DNA of 64,000 bases from an uncultured delta proteobacterium. Its GTDB lineage: Bacteria > Desulfobacterota > Binatia > Binatales > Binataceae. This document shows positions 17,285 to 26,367 of the stretch, in pieces. The notes beneath the pieces are model-generated. The model saw nothing but the letters and a program-made list of their open reading frames with translations, was not told the DNA's origin and ran no database searches. The translations under genes were made by a program, and so were the position numbers. Each line of letters opens with the position of its first letter. Within the stretch, counting starts at the first letter, position 1. The stretch covers positions 448,001 through 512,000 of the forward strand of contig CAWJET010000002.1 in assembly GCA_963842085.1 (NCBI GenBank), read 5' to 3'.

Positions 17285-17300
17285 CGTTTCACGTGAAACA
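17285..17300. promoter_or_regulatory. parS: parS-like site
   Basis: CGTTTCACGTGAAACA, a 15/16 match to the consensus TGTTTCACGTGAAACA, in an AT-rich intergenic region. Confidence 0.75.
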
Positions 17301-17409
17301 TTTTTGTGAAAACCTCAACAACAGAGCACCAAATTCGACCACCTGCCACGAATTCGACTGCCATTTGCGCGCGCGTCCCTCAACGAAACGATTTTGATAG
17401 AATCGATGC

Positions 17410-18633
17410 GTGAGAGCAGGCAGCGAAAGGCGATTCGACGTGATTGTCATCGGCGCGGGCGTCGTCGGCAGCTCGGTTGCTCTCGGCTTGGCCGAGCGCG
17501 GGCTCAAAACGCTCGCCGTCGACATCGATCTCAGCGGACGCCTCAGCTCCAGCGAGAAGAACGCCGGCGGCGTGCGCGCCACCTGGTGGCAGCGGGTCAA
17601 TATCGCGCTCTGCCGCGCGTCCATCGAATACTACGAGCGCGTGCGCGACGAAGTCGGCTTTCGCCAGAAGGGTTACCTCTGGCTCTACGACCAGGACACG
17701 TTCGCACGCGCCGTCGAGCATATCCCGCTCCAGCGCGAACTCGGCCATCGGATCGAGGCGCTGACTCCAGCCGAGGTAAATCGCCGCATGCCCGAGATCG
17801 ACAAGCTCGACGGGATTGCAGGCGCCACGTTCTCGCCCGCCGACGGGCTTATCAACCCGAACCTGCTCAAGGAGCACTATCGCGCCCGCGCGCTGAAACT
17901 CGGCGCTCAGTTTCTCGATCGCACCTACGTCGTCGCGCTCGACGCGGCTGCATCGGGCGCGCGCGTCCAATGCTGGCAGTCCGACGAGCCGCACACCGAC
18001 GAAGGCCTCGTCCGCATGATGACGCAGGACGGCCCCGGTGAAGCCGAGACCGGCCGCGTCTTCGAGCTGACAGCAGACGCGATCGTAGTCGCCGGCGGTG
18101 CATGGTCGCCGAGTGCGATGAAGCTGCTCCGGCTGCGCAACTGGACGCAACCGATTCGCCGCCAGGTCTGTATCGTGGACAATCGCGTCACGAATCTCGC
18201 GAACTACGGCATGATCGTCGACACCTCCGGCGTGTATTTCCACCACGAAGGCGCGCATATCCTGGCTGGATACTCGCCGCCCGACGAGCCGCCCGGTTAT
18301 CATTTCAACTACGACGGTGAACCGTTTTTCCTGAACGAGATTTGGCCGCGGATGTTCGCGCGGATGTCCTCGATGGAACGCCTGCGCCACGTCACCGGAT
18401 GGGCCGGACTGTACGAAGTCAGTTCCGACCGCAGCGCGATTGTCGGCCGCGCCGCGCCACACGTCTACGAGGCGCACTCATTCAGCGGCCGCGGCGTGAT
18501 GCAATCCTACGGGGCAGGGCAGGCGCTCGCCGAGCTAATCGCCGACGGCCACTACACCAACTTCGACGCCTCGGCACTGTCGCGCGATCGCTTCGATCGC
18601 GGCGAGCAAGTCTTCGAGGAACTCCATATCTGA
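17410..18633 (+). CDS. FAD-dependent oxidoreductase (DAO/sarcosine oxidase beta-like)
   Basis: IGAGVVG, NAGGVR, GYLWL, WAGLYE, FSGRG. Confidence 0.88.
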   Translation: MRAGSERRFDVIVIGAGVVGSSVALGLAERGLKTLAVDIDLSGRLSSSEKNAGGVRATWWQRVNIALCRASIEYYERVRDEVGFRQKGYLWLYDQDTFARAVEHIPLQRELGHRIEALTPAEVNRRMPEIDKLDGIAGATFSPADGLINPNLLKEHYRARALKLGAQFLDRTYVVALDAAASGARVQCWQSDEPHTDEGLVRMMTQDGPGEAETGRVFELTADAIVVAGGAWSPSAMKLLRLRNWTQPIRRQVCIVDNRVTNLANYGMIVDTSGVYFHHEGAHILAGYSPPDEPPGYHFNYDGEPFFLNEIWPRMFARMSSMERLRHVTGWAGLYEVSSDRSAIVGRAAPHVYEAHSFSGRGVMQSYGAGQALAELIADGHYTNFDASALSRDRFDRGEQVFEELHI

Positions 18634-18749
18634 ACTGACTGCCGAATGGGTGGCGGTCTACCGTGGGTTTCCTCGCCTTAACTTGGCGTGATATTTAATC
18701 TAATCCGCGCGGGGCTTGCCCCTTCGGCTTCCGCTGTCGAGGAGGATGG

Positions 18750-19709
18750 ATGTTTTCATCGATCGAGGACGTAATCGAGCGATTCGCCAAAAGCAATTAT
18801 ATCGCCAGCCGGCGAATCGCGACCGTCATCTACCTGGCAAGCGAGCTGCGCAAACCCATCCTGGTCGAAGGCCCCGCCGGCGTCGGCAAGACCGACCTGG
18901 CCAAGGTGCTCGCCGCCTCGCTGGGCTTCGAGATGATCCGCCTACAGTGTTACGAAGGCCTCGACGAGGGCAAGGCGCTCTACGAATGGGAGTACGCCAA
19001 GCAGCTCCTCTACACGCAGATTCTCAAGGACAAGATCAGCGAGGTGCTGGTCGGCGCAAAAGGCTTGACCGAGGCGGTCGATCGAATCGCCGCGCAGGAC
19101 GAAGTATTTTTCTCCGAGCGCTTCGTGCTGCCGCGCCCGCTGCTCAAAGCGATTTCCAGCGAACAGCCGTCGGTCCTGCTGATCGACGAGATCGACAAGG
19201 CCGACGCCGAGTTCGAGGCCTTCCTGCTCGAATTGCTGTCCGATTTCCAGGTGACCGTGCCCGAGCTCGGCACGCTCAAGGCCAAGCACATCCCGCTGGT
19301 CGTGCTGACCTCGAACAACGCGCGCGAAATGTCCGACGCGCTTAAGCGCCGATGCCTGCATCTCTACATCGACTTTCCCGATCGTGCGCAGGAACTCGCG
19401 ATCGTCAAGCTCAAGGTGCCCGAGGCCGCCGACAAGCTCGCCCAGGAAGTCGTCACCGTCGTGCAATCGCTGCGCAAGCTCGACCTCAAGAAAACGCCGG
19501 GCATCAGCGAGACGCTCGATTGGGTCAAGGCGCTGACTCTGCTCAACGTGACCAGCCTCGACCAGGAACTGGTCACCGAGACGCTCGACACGATCGTCAA
19601 ATACGAAGGCGACGTGCGCAAGGCGCAGGAAGAACTCAAGGATTACGTGCGCCGCGTGCGCGCGCGCCGCGGCACCGAAGCCGGCAGCGACAAGGACCTG
19701 CTCAATTGA
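18750..19709 (+). CDS. MoxR family AAA+ ATPase (CoxD-like)
   Basis: EGPAGVGKT, RLQCYEGLD, LLIDEIDKAD.EFEA, LTSN, DALKRRC; SD AGGAGG. Confidence 0.93.
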   Translation: MFSSIEDVIERFAKSNYIASRRIATVIYLASELRKPILVEGPAGVGKTDLAKVLAASLGFEMIRLQCYEGLDEGKALYEWEYAKQLLYTQILKDKISEVLVGAKGLTEAVDRIAAQDEVFFSERFVLPRPLLKAISSEQPSVLLIDEIDKADAEFEAFLLELLSDFQVTVPELGTLKAKHIPLVVLTSNNAREMSDALKRRCLHLYIDFPDRAQELAIVKLKVPEAADKLAQEVVTVVQSLRKLDLKKTPGISETLDWVKALTLLNVTSLDQELVTETLDTIVKYEGDVRKAQEELKDYVRRVRARRGTEAGSDKDLLN

Positions 19710-19755
19710 CCGCGAGAAAGTCTGAACGAGAAGCAGGGTAGGGCACCACGACACC

Positions 19756-21168
19756 ATGCAAGAGAAGCTCGTAGAATTCGCGAACCTGCTGCGCGAGAAC
19801 GGCGTGCGCGTCTCGCTGGCGGAGACGCTCGACGCGTTCAGCGCTTGCGAAGTCACGGGCCTGAACGAGCGCGACGCGTTCCGCGCCGCGCTGCGCGCCA
19901 CGATGGTCAAGCGGGCCAGCGAATTGCCGACCTTCGAAGAACTGTTCGATATCTACTTCTCGGGCCTCGGCGAAATCATCAAGCAGGCCAGCCAGGCCGT
20001 GCAGAACGCGCTCTCGATGTCCGATCAGGAGTTTCAGAAATTCCTCGATCAGATCGAGAAGATGCTCAAGCAAGAGGGCAAGAACCTTTCCGAGCTCGCC
20101 AAGCAACTGCTGCAGAACAACTCGGGCGAGATGGAGCGCAAGATCCGCGACGCCGCGCGCGCCGTCAAGCTGCAGGGCATCGAGCGCACGATCGAGGAGA
20201 ACTACTTCGCGCGCGCGCTCGCCCGCCAGCTCGGGCTGGACAAGATCGAAGCCGAGATCAAGGAACTGCGCGAGCAGCTCGAGAAGATGGATATCGGCTC
20301 CGAGCTGAAAGCAAAGATGGAAGAGTACCTCGAGCGCCGGCTCAAGGCGCTCGACGACATCATCCGCCGCTACGTCCGGATGGAGCGCGAGAAGCGCGAC
20401 ATCAAGCAGAAGGAAGATCAGCGGCTCAACCAAATCGGCGAGAAGAGTTTCTACTACCTGACCGAAGAAGAACTGCGGAAAATGAACGAGGCGGTGACGC
20501 GCCTCGCGCAGCGCCTGAAGAACGTCATCACCGTGCGCCGCAAGCGCTCGAAGAAGGGCCGCTTCGACATCAAGCGCACGCTGCGCCAGAACCTCGAGTA
20601 CGGCGGGGTGCCGTTCAAGCTCCGCTTCGAGAAGCGCAAGAAGGAAAAGCCGCAGGTCGTAATCCTGTGCGACGTTTCGGATTCGGTGCGCAACGCGTCG
20701 CGCTTCATGCTGCAGTTCGTGTATTCGCTGCAGGATCTCTACTCGCGCGTGCGCAGTTTCATCTTCGTCGCCGATATCGGCGAAGTGACCGAGTGCTTTC
20801 GCAACAACGACGCCAAGGAAGCGCTCGACGTTGCGCTCAAGGGCGATATAATCAACGTGTATGCCCACTCGAATTTCGGCTACGCGTTCCGCAACTTCGT
20901 GACCGATCACATCGGCTCGGTCAACAAGCGCACCACTGTGATCGTGCTCGGCGACGCGCGCAACAATTACAATCTGCCGCACGATTGGTGCTTGCGTGAA
21001 ATCCGCCAGCGCGCCAAAAAAGTGATCTGGCTTAATCCTGAGAGCCGCAACACGTGGGGCTTCGGCGACAGCGAAATGGATCGCTACGCCCCGCACTGCG
21101 ACCTGGTGGAAGAGTGCCGCAATCTCAACCAGCTTTATCGGGTGGTCGATCGCTTGGTCGCCGGCTGA
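19756..21168 (+). CDS. VWA domain CoxE-like protein
   Basis: FANLLR..GV.VS, MIDAS-like CDVSDS, GDARNN, WLNPE, WG.GDS.M. Confidence 0.9.
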   Translation: MQEKLVEFANLLRENGVRVSLAETLDAFSACEVTGLNERDAFRAALRATMVKRASELPTFEELFDIYFSGLGEIIKQASQAVQNALSMSDQEFQKFLDQIEKMLKQEGKNLSELAKQLLQNNSGEMERKIRDAARAVKLQGIERTIEENYFARALARQLGLDKIEAEIKELREQLEKMDIGSELKAKMEEYLERRLKALDDIIRRYVRMEREKRDIKQKEDQRLNQIGEKSFYYLTEEELRKMNEAVTRLAQRLKNVITVRRKRSKKGRFDIKRTLRQNLEYGGVPFKLRFEKRKKEKPQVVILCDVSDSVRNASRFMLQFVYSLQDLYSRVRSFIFVADIGEVTECFRNNDAKEALDVALKGDIINVYAHSNFGYAFRNFVTDHIGSVNKRTTVIVLGDARNNYNLPHDWCLREIRQRAKKVIWLNPESRNTWGFGDSEMDRYAPHCDLVEECRNLNQLYRVVDRLVAG

Positions 21169-21308
21169 CGGACTCGATCCGCGCGGCTGCGCAGCTTGTT
21201 CGGTTGACCACACGGCGTCTTTGGGCCAAGATAGTTTCACCAGGTGATGAGCACGGTTTTCACTCGAATTCGCGTGCGCTTGAAGAAAAACGGTTGAAGA
21301 GCCCGTCT

Positions 21309-21842
21309 ATGGCTGGTCACAGGGAAGACTTCATTTTGATGATCGTAGGCGGGATCACGCTCGACCCGTCCACCAAGATGCCGATCGTCGTGCTCAAGGA
21401 TCCCGACAACAAGCTCAACCTGCATATCTGGATCGGTCCGCTCGAGGCGACCGCGATGGCCACCGAGCTCGAAGGGATCAAACCGCAGCGCCCGATGACG
21501 CACGACCTGCTGCGCAACCTGATGACCGAGTTTGGCGCGACGGTCGAGTCGGCCGAGATTACCGAGTTGCGCGAGAACACGTACTTCGCACGGATCCAGG
21601 TCAAGACGCGCGACGGCAAGGCGCTCGAAATAGATTCACGGCCGAGCGACGCGATCGCGCTGGCGTTGCGCACCAAGTCGCCGATCTACGTCGCCAAGAA
21701 AGTGCTCGAAGCGAGCAGCGAGCTCCACGAATCCCAGGGCGAACCGCAGACTTCGGATCAGAACCTCGCCGGCGTGTCGCGCGACAAATGGTCCGAGATC
21801 CTCGAGCGGATGTCGCCCGAGGATTTCAAATACAAGATGTAA
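21309..21842 (+). CDS. bifunctional nuclease family protein (DUF151)
   Basis: IWIGPLEA, RPMTHDL, DSRPSDAIALALR. Start placed at ATG 21309. Confidence 0.92.
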   Translation: MAGHREDFILMIVGGITLDPSTKMPIVVLKDPDNKLNLHIWIGPLEATAMATELEGIKPQRPMTHDLLRNLMTEFGATVESAEITELRENTYFARIQVKTRDGKALEIDSRPSDAIALALRTKSPIYVAKKVLEASSELHESQGEPQTSDQNLAGVSRDKWSEILERMSPEDFKYKM

Positions 21843-21900
21843 GGCGCGTGCGCGCTAGTTCCTCTGGTCCTCTGCCGGGCGGCGCCCGCTGGAGCATTCG

Positions 21901-22638
21901 ATGCCGCCGACTACTCATCGCCGCAAACTGACTCAAAAAGAACTCAGGGCGCCCGACGAGTTCACGACGCTGGTCGAGAACGCGCGCGACTTCTTCGTCA
22001 ACAACCTCACCCAGGTGATTGTCTCGACCGCGGTCGTCGTGCTTGCCGGCGCGATCGTGATTGGCGTGTACTACTACGAGCGCCATCGCGACAACCTTGC
22101 GGCGGCCCGATTCTACGATGCGATCACCGCGCTCAACGCCGGACACAACAAGGCCGCCGAGACGCAGTTCAAGCAGCTCGCCGAGCAAGAGCCCGGGCGG
22201 CGGCTGGGACAGCTGGCGCGTTTCTACCTGGCGAGCGCCTACATTGCCGACGGCGACCTGCCGGACGCGCGCGATTCGCTGGTCGCGTTTCTGGCCGAGG
22301 AGCGCGACCCGTTGTTCCGCAGCCTGGCGCTGTCCAACCTCGCGGTGGTTTACGAGCGAATGTCGGACTGGAAGAAAGCGGCCGGCGCTTATCAGCAGGC
22401 GGCTGCCGATCCGGGGCCGGAGCAGGCGAGGGCAGAACTGGGTGCGGCGCGGATGCTGGCGAAGGCGGGCGACAAGCAGGGCGCGATCGCGGCCTATCGC
22501 GGCTTCCTCGCCGCCCATCCGTACGCGCAGCAGCGCCAGGACGTAATGGAATCGTTGGCGCTGCTCGGCGCACCGGCCGAGATTGCGCCGCCGTCGTCAG
22601 CCGCAGCGGCCGGCCCGCAGCCCGTCGTCATTCATTAG
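21901..22638 (+). CDS. YfgM-like membrane-anchored TPR protein
   Basis: RKLTQKELRAPDEF, one TM, TPR helices. Confidence 0.8.
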   Translation: MPPTTHRRKLTQKELRAPDEFTTLVENARDFFVNNLTQVIVSTAVVVLAGAIVIGVYYYERHRDNLAAARFYDAITALNAGHNKAAETQFKQLAEQEPGRRLGQLARFYLASAYIADGDLPDARDSLVAFLAEERDPLFRSLALSNLAVVYERMSDWKKAAGAYQQAAADPGPEQARAELGAARMLAKAGDKQGAIAAYRGFLAAHPYAQQRQDVMESLALLGAPAEIAPPSSAAAAGPQPVVIH

Positions 22639-23583
22639 TCGCCGACGCCGACGCCGACGGCGACTTCGCGGCGAGTTCCGAGTTAATCACGAAGTCCAGA
22701 ATTTTTCCGTCGGGCAGCCCCACTACCGGTATCCCGTTGACGAAGAAGGTTGGCGTCGACGAGACTCGAATCGAGTTGCCGTCCAATTGATCCTGCTTCA
22801 CGCGAGCCTCGGTCTGCGGACTGTCCATGCACGCCTTCAGTGAAGGCTGGTCGAGCTTCTGCGCCTTCGCCAGCTTGTCCACATTGTCCTGCAGGTTCTT
22901 GGCGTTGATCGTTCCCTGGTTGGAGTAGAAGTAGCGCGCGAAGTCCCAGAACGCGGCCGGGTTCTGCAGCCGCGCGCACTCGGCCGCTTCCGCGGCCTTC
23001 ATCGCCCACGGATGCACGTTGAGCGGGTAATTTTTGAAAATCAGCTTCACCTTGCCCTTGTAAGTCGTGTTGACCAGGGTCTCGAGCACGCTGAACGCGT
23101 GTGCGCAGAACGGGCATTCGAAGTCGGCAAATTCCACGATCGTCACCGGGGCGTCCGGCGGTCCCTGCATCGGCCGATCGTTCAGGCTAACGGCGCCCAT
23201 GTTGACCCGTCCCCAGGGCTCTGTGCTGGTGTCGATATACTGTCCGATGATCGCCTTGCTCTCGTCCTTGTCGAAAAAGATTGTGGTAACGACTCTCTGA
23301 CCCGCTTCATTGCCCACGATCAGCTGGCGCGCGAGCAGTCCGTCGATTGGCGTCTTGAATGCGGGTCCGAGCTTGATCAGGTCGGCACTGGGAATCTTGA
23401 AGTGCTTCTGCAGATAGGACCTGAGCGCCGCGTCCTTCGCGGGATCCGTGGCAACCGCCGCCGCCATGGCAGGGGAGGCCCCTTCCGCGTCCTGGGCGAG
23501 GGCCAAGCCACCTGTGCTCAACAGCATCGCGCCAACGAGCGCGCAAATGCCCGCTATCTTTTTACCGTAGGAGAACTTCGCAT
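22628..23583 (-). CDS. DsbA family thiol-disulfide oxidoreductase (start uncertain)
   Basis: GPPDAPVTIVEFADFECPFC, KNYPL..H, STPTFFVNG. The open frame extends to 23641. ATG 23583 gives a clean signal peptide if one A is missing in the A5 run (T5 at 23559-23563). Confidence 0.85.
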
Positions 23584-23602
23584 AAGAAGTATTATGTAAA
23601 CT
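23575..23602 (+). other. dif: dif site (XerC/XerD chromosome dimer resolution)
   Basis: ACTTCGCATAA-GAAGTA-TTATGTAAACT in an 11-6-11 layout. The right arm equals the B. subtilis XerD arm TTATGTAAACT. The left arm combines ACTTC (B. subtilis) with GCATAA (E. coli). Confidence 0.88.
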
Positions 23603-23735
23603 ACGAAGTGGTATCGAAAATCGAAAAAGGCCTGAAATCATTAACTCTCCATGCTCCCCGGTTCGAGTATTTTATCCGCTTCAGATAACGTGATGCTCTT
23701 CGGTGATGAAGAAGGCGAAGTCGGCACAGTTCTAG

Positions 23736-24380
23736 CTAATCGCGACGGCTCCGTACAGCGCCCGGTTCCTTGCCGGGTTTCGTTGTCGCCGGCTCGCGGC
23801 CCAGCGCGCGCAACGCCCGGCGCGCCACGAAATTGCGCGGCGCGAGCTTCAGCGCTTCCTCGTAGTACGCAACCGCATTCGGCGCGCGCTCCAAAGCCGC
23901 CGCGCATTGTCCCATCGCAACGAGGAGTTCGACGCCGCCGGCGCCGAACTCGCGCGCGCGTTTGAGCGCGGCGAACGCGTCGGCGAATTTTTCCTGCTCG
24001 GCGAGTGCCAGGCCGAGTCGCAAAATCGCCTCCGCGTTAAGCGGGTCGAGTTCGAGCGCGTCGCGATACATCGACAGCGCCGCGCGCTTCGCGCCCTTCT
24101 GGTACAGGTCGCGCGCCGCGGCGGCCATCCGCGCACCCTCCTCGGCCCATCCGCGCGATTCGACGTCGACCGCTATCTCGCCGTGCGAGACTTCCACCTT
24201 GACGAGCTTGAGCTTGTCGCCCAGGTATTCGCGGATCCGATCGAGCACGGCGTCGGCGTTGGTTTCCGGCGACTCGAGAAATGCGAGACCCACGGGATCG
24301 CCGACGTGATCGATCCGCCGGATGACGACCGAGCGCCGCACGCGGGTCGTTCTCGCCGCCTGCCTGTCAGACGCGCTCAT
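23736..24380 (-). CDS. tetratricopeptide repeat protein
   Basis: ALELDPLNAEA...LG.AL, A...YEEALKLAP.N TPR units. Overlaps the dgt stop. Confidence 0.78.
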   Translation of the reverse strand: MSASDRQAARTTRVRRSVVIRRIDHVGDPVGLAFLESPETNADAVLDRIREYLGDKLKLVKVEVSHGEIAVDVESRGWAEEGARMAAAARDLYQKGAKRAALSMYRDALELDPLNAEAILRLGLALAEQEKFADAFAALKRAREFGAGGVELLVAMGQCAAALERAPNAVAYYEEALKLAPRNFVARRALRALGREPATTKPGKEPGAVRSRRD

Positions 24381-25527
24381 TGGGATCGAAAAGTTTGCGG
24401 TACTCGTCGAGCGCGAAGCGGTCGGTCATCCCTGCGATGTAGTCCGCCACCGCCCGCGAGATCGGCTCGCCGTATCGTTCCGCACGCGCGACGACGTGCT
24501 CGGGCATCTGGCGCGGCTCGGTCATGTAGGTCTGGAACAGCGCCGCCAGCACCCTGCCCGCTTTCTCGGTCATCCGGCTGACGCGGTAGTGCCGATACAA
24601 TCGCTCGCGCATCACTTGCTTGATTTCGCCGACCTTCGCGCCGGTCGCGGGGCTGAACGACGCCAGCGCCCTACCCGCCTTGCGCACGTCCTCGACGCTG
24701 TGGACCCTGTTATGCTCCAGCTCGGCGGCGAGATTGGTCATCAGGTCGGTGGACATCGCGTCGATCATCCTGATGACCGTCTGGTAGCGGAGCACGCGCA
24801 TCTCGGCGGCCGGAGACGCGTCGCGCGCCGCTGCCGCTGATTCCCTAAACAGCGCAGACGCATTGAGCTCCTCGACCGTCAGCATCTGCGCCTTCAGCCC
24901 GTCGTCAACGTCGTGCGCCAGGTAGGCGATCTCGTCCGCCAGATCGACGATTTGCGCTTCCAAGCAAGGATACGTGCTCGTGTCGAACTCCTGCGCGGCC
25001 GGACGATCCTGAAAATGCGAGTGCTTGACGATTCCCTCGCGCACCTCGAAGCTCAGATTGAGTCCGCGAAAGTTCGGGTAGCGAATCTCGATCCAGTCCA
25101 CCGTGCGCAGGCTCTGCGCGTTGTGATCGAAGCCGCCGTACGGCGTCATCAGCTCGTTGAGCACTTTCTCGCCGGCGTGGCCGAAAGGGGTATGCCCCAG
25201 GTCGTGCGCGAGCGCCACCGCCTCCGCAAGCTCCTCGTTGAGGCCGAGCGCCCGCGCGACGGTGCGCGCGATTTGTGCGGCTTCGAGCGTATGCGTCAGG
25301 CGAGTGCGGTAGTAATCGCCCTCGTGATTGACGAAAACCTGGGTCTTGTATTCGAGGCGTCGAAACGCAGCCGAGTGGATAACGCGATCGCGATCGCGCT
25401 GAAAGACGGTGCGAATCCGATGCTCGGGTTCGGGAAACCGCCGCCCGCGACTGGCCCGCGACGCCATCGCATACGGCGCCAGCGTGCGCGCCTCTATTTC
25501 TTCGAGCTCCTGCCTCGTCCGCAGCAT
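24367..25527 (-). CDS. dgt: deoxyguanosinetriphosphate triphosphohydrolase
   Basis: FQRDRDR..HS.AFRRL.YKTQVF, RTRLTH, AHDLGHTPFGHAGE, ADEIAY..HD, DYIAGMTD. Confidence 0.95.
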   Translation of the reverse strand: MLRTRQELEEIEARTLAPYAMASRASRGRRFPEPEHRIRTVFQRDRDRVIHSAAFRRLEYKTQVFVNHEGDYYRTRLTHTLEAAQIARTVARALGLNEELAEAVALAHDLGHTPFGHAGEKVLNELMTPYGGFDHNAQSLRTVDWIEIRYPNFRGLNLSFEVREGIVKHSHFQDRPAAQEFDTSTYPCLEAQIVDLADEIAYLAHDVDDGLKAQMLTVEELNASALFRESAAAARDASPAAEMRVLRYQTVIRMIDAMSTDLMTNLAAELEHNRVHSVEDVRKAGRALASFSPATGAKVGEIKQVMRERLYRHYRVSRMTEKAGRVLAALFQTYMTEPRQMPEHVVARAERYGEPISRAVADYIAGMTDRFALDEYRKLFDPNERV

Positions 25528-25671
25528 CGCGGCCCTATCCAGCGGTTGCGCTCACATCCGAGATGCTACCACGCTATCGCCGGCTCTCGAAGCGCCTCGG
25601 TCGACTGCGGTCAACATGGTGTAGTCTTAAGCGCGATGCGGGGATTCTATAATTGCACTGGTTTTGTTGAC

Positions 25672-26367
25672 GTGCGTCGCCTTCGGACCCATGACGCCAT
25701 CGGGCGGATTGCCTTGATGCTCGCGGCGAGCGCGCTGTTCGCCGCCTGCGCGACGTCGCGTCCAGACCAGCTACCGCCGCCCGCGCCGCCCGTCCCGGTG
25801 CCGCAGCCAACGCCGACGCCGCAGGTGGTCGGGATGGCGTCGTGGTACGGCCCGGGATTCCACGGCCGCAAGGACGCGTCGGGCAGGTACTACGACCAGG
25901 AGGATCTCACCGCGGCCTCGATCGCGTTTCCATTGGGCAGCCGCGTGATGGTCACCAATCTCGACAACGGGCGCTCGGTCGAAGTGACGATTACCGACCG
26001 CGGACCGTTCAAGAAGGGGCGCAAGATCGATCTGTCGCACAAAGCGGCGGGCATGATCGGGATGCTCGACAATGGCACCGCGCGCGTTCGCATCGCGCTC
26101 ATCAGCAAGCCGCCGGGAACTCGCGACGTGGGCGCGCCGCTGCGCTACTGGGTTCAGGTGGGTTCTTTCTCGGAGCAGCAGAACGCCGAGCAAGTGCGGA
26201 AAAAGTTGGCCGCGTACTATGCCGACGTTCACATCGAGCAGCTTGATGCTGACCACCACCGCTATTACCGTGTACGCATGGGCGCTTTCGCAACGCGCTC
26301 CGCCGCCGAGGCGCGCGCATCCGACTCCGCCAGATTTGGACTTCCAATCGTGATCGTCACCGAATGA
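25672..26367 (+). CDS. rlpA: septal ring lytic transglycosylase RlpA (lipoprotein, DPBB + SPOR)
   Basis: Lipobox FAAC, GMASWYGPGFHG, DRGPF..GR.IDLS, SPOR YWVQVGSFS. The start is uncertain (25636-25717); the upstream part of the ORF is a shadow of dgt. Confidence 0.9.
   Translation: MRRLRTHDAIGRIALMLAASALFAACATSRPDQLPPPAPPVPVPQPTPTPQVVGMASWYGPGFHGRKDASGRYYDQEDLTAASIAFPLGSRVMVTNLDNGRSVEVTITDRGPFKKGRKIDLSHKAAGMIGMLDNGTARVRIALISKPPGTRDVGAPLRYWVQVGSFSEQQNAEQVRKKLAAYYADVHIEQLDADHHRYYRVRMGAFATRSAAEARASDSARFGLPIVIVTE

Noticed and set aside
23591-23596. CATAAT -10 box 7 nt before the DsbA ATG (leaderless promoter)
   Set aside because: The hexamer is explained by the dif XerD arm and spacer, so it cannot be supported independently.
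24913-25635. Apparent 484-aa RlpA with a long N-terminal extension
   Set aside because: The extension is the antisense of dgt. The lipoprotein signal begins near 25672-25717, so this is not a fusion.
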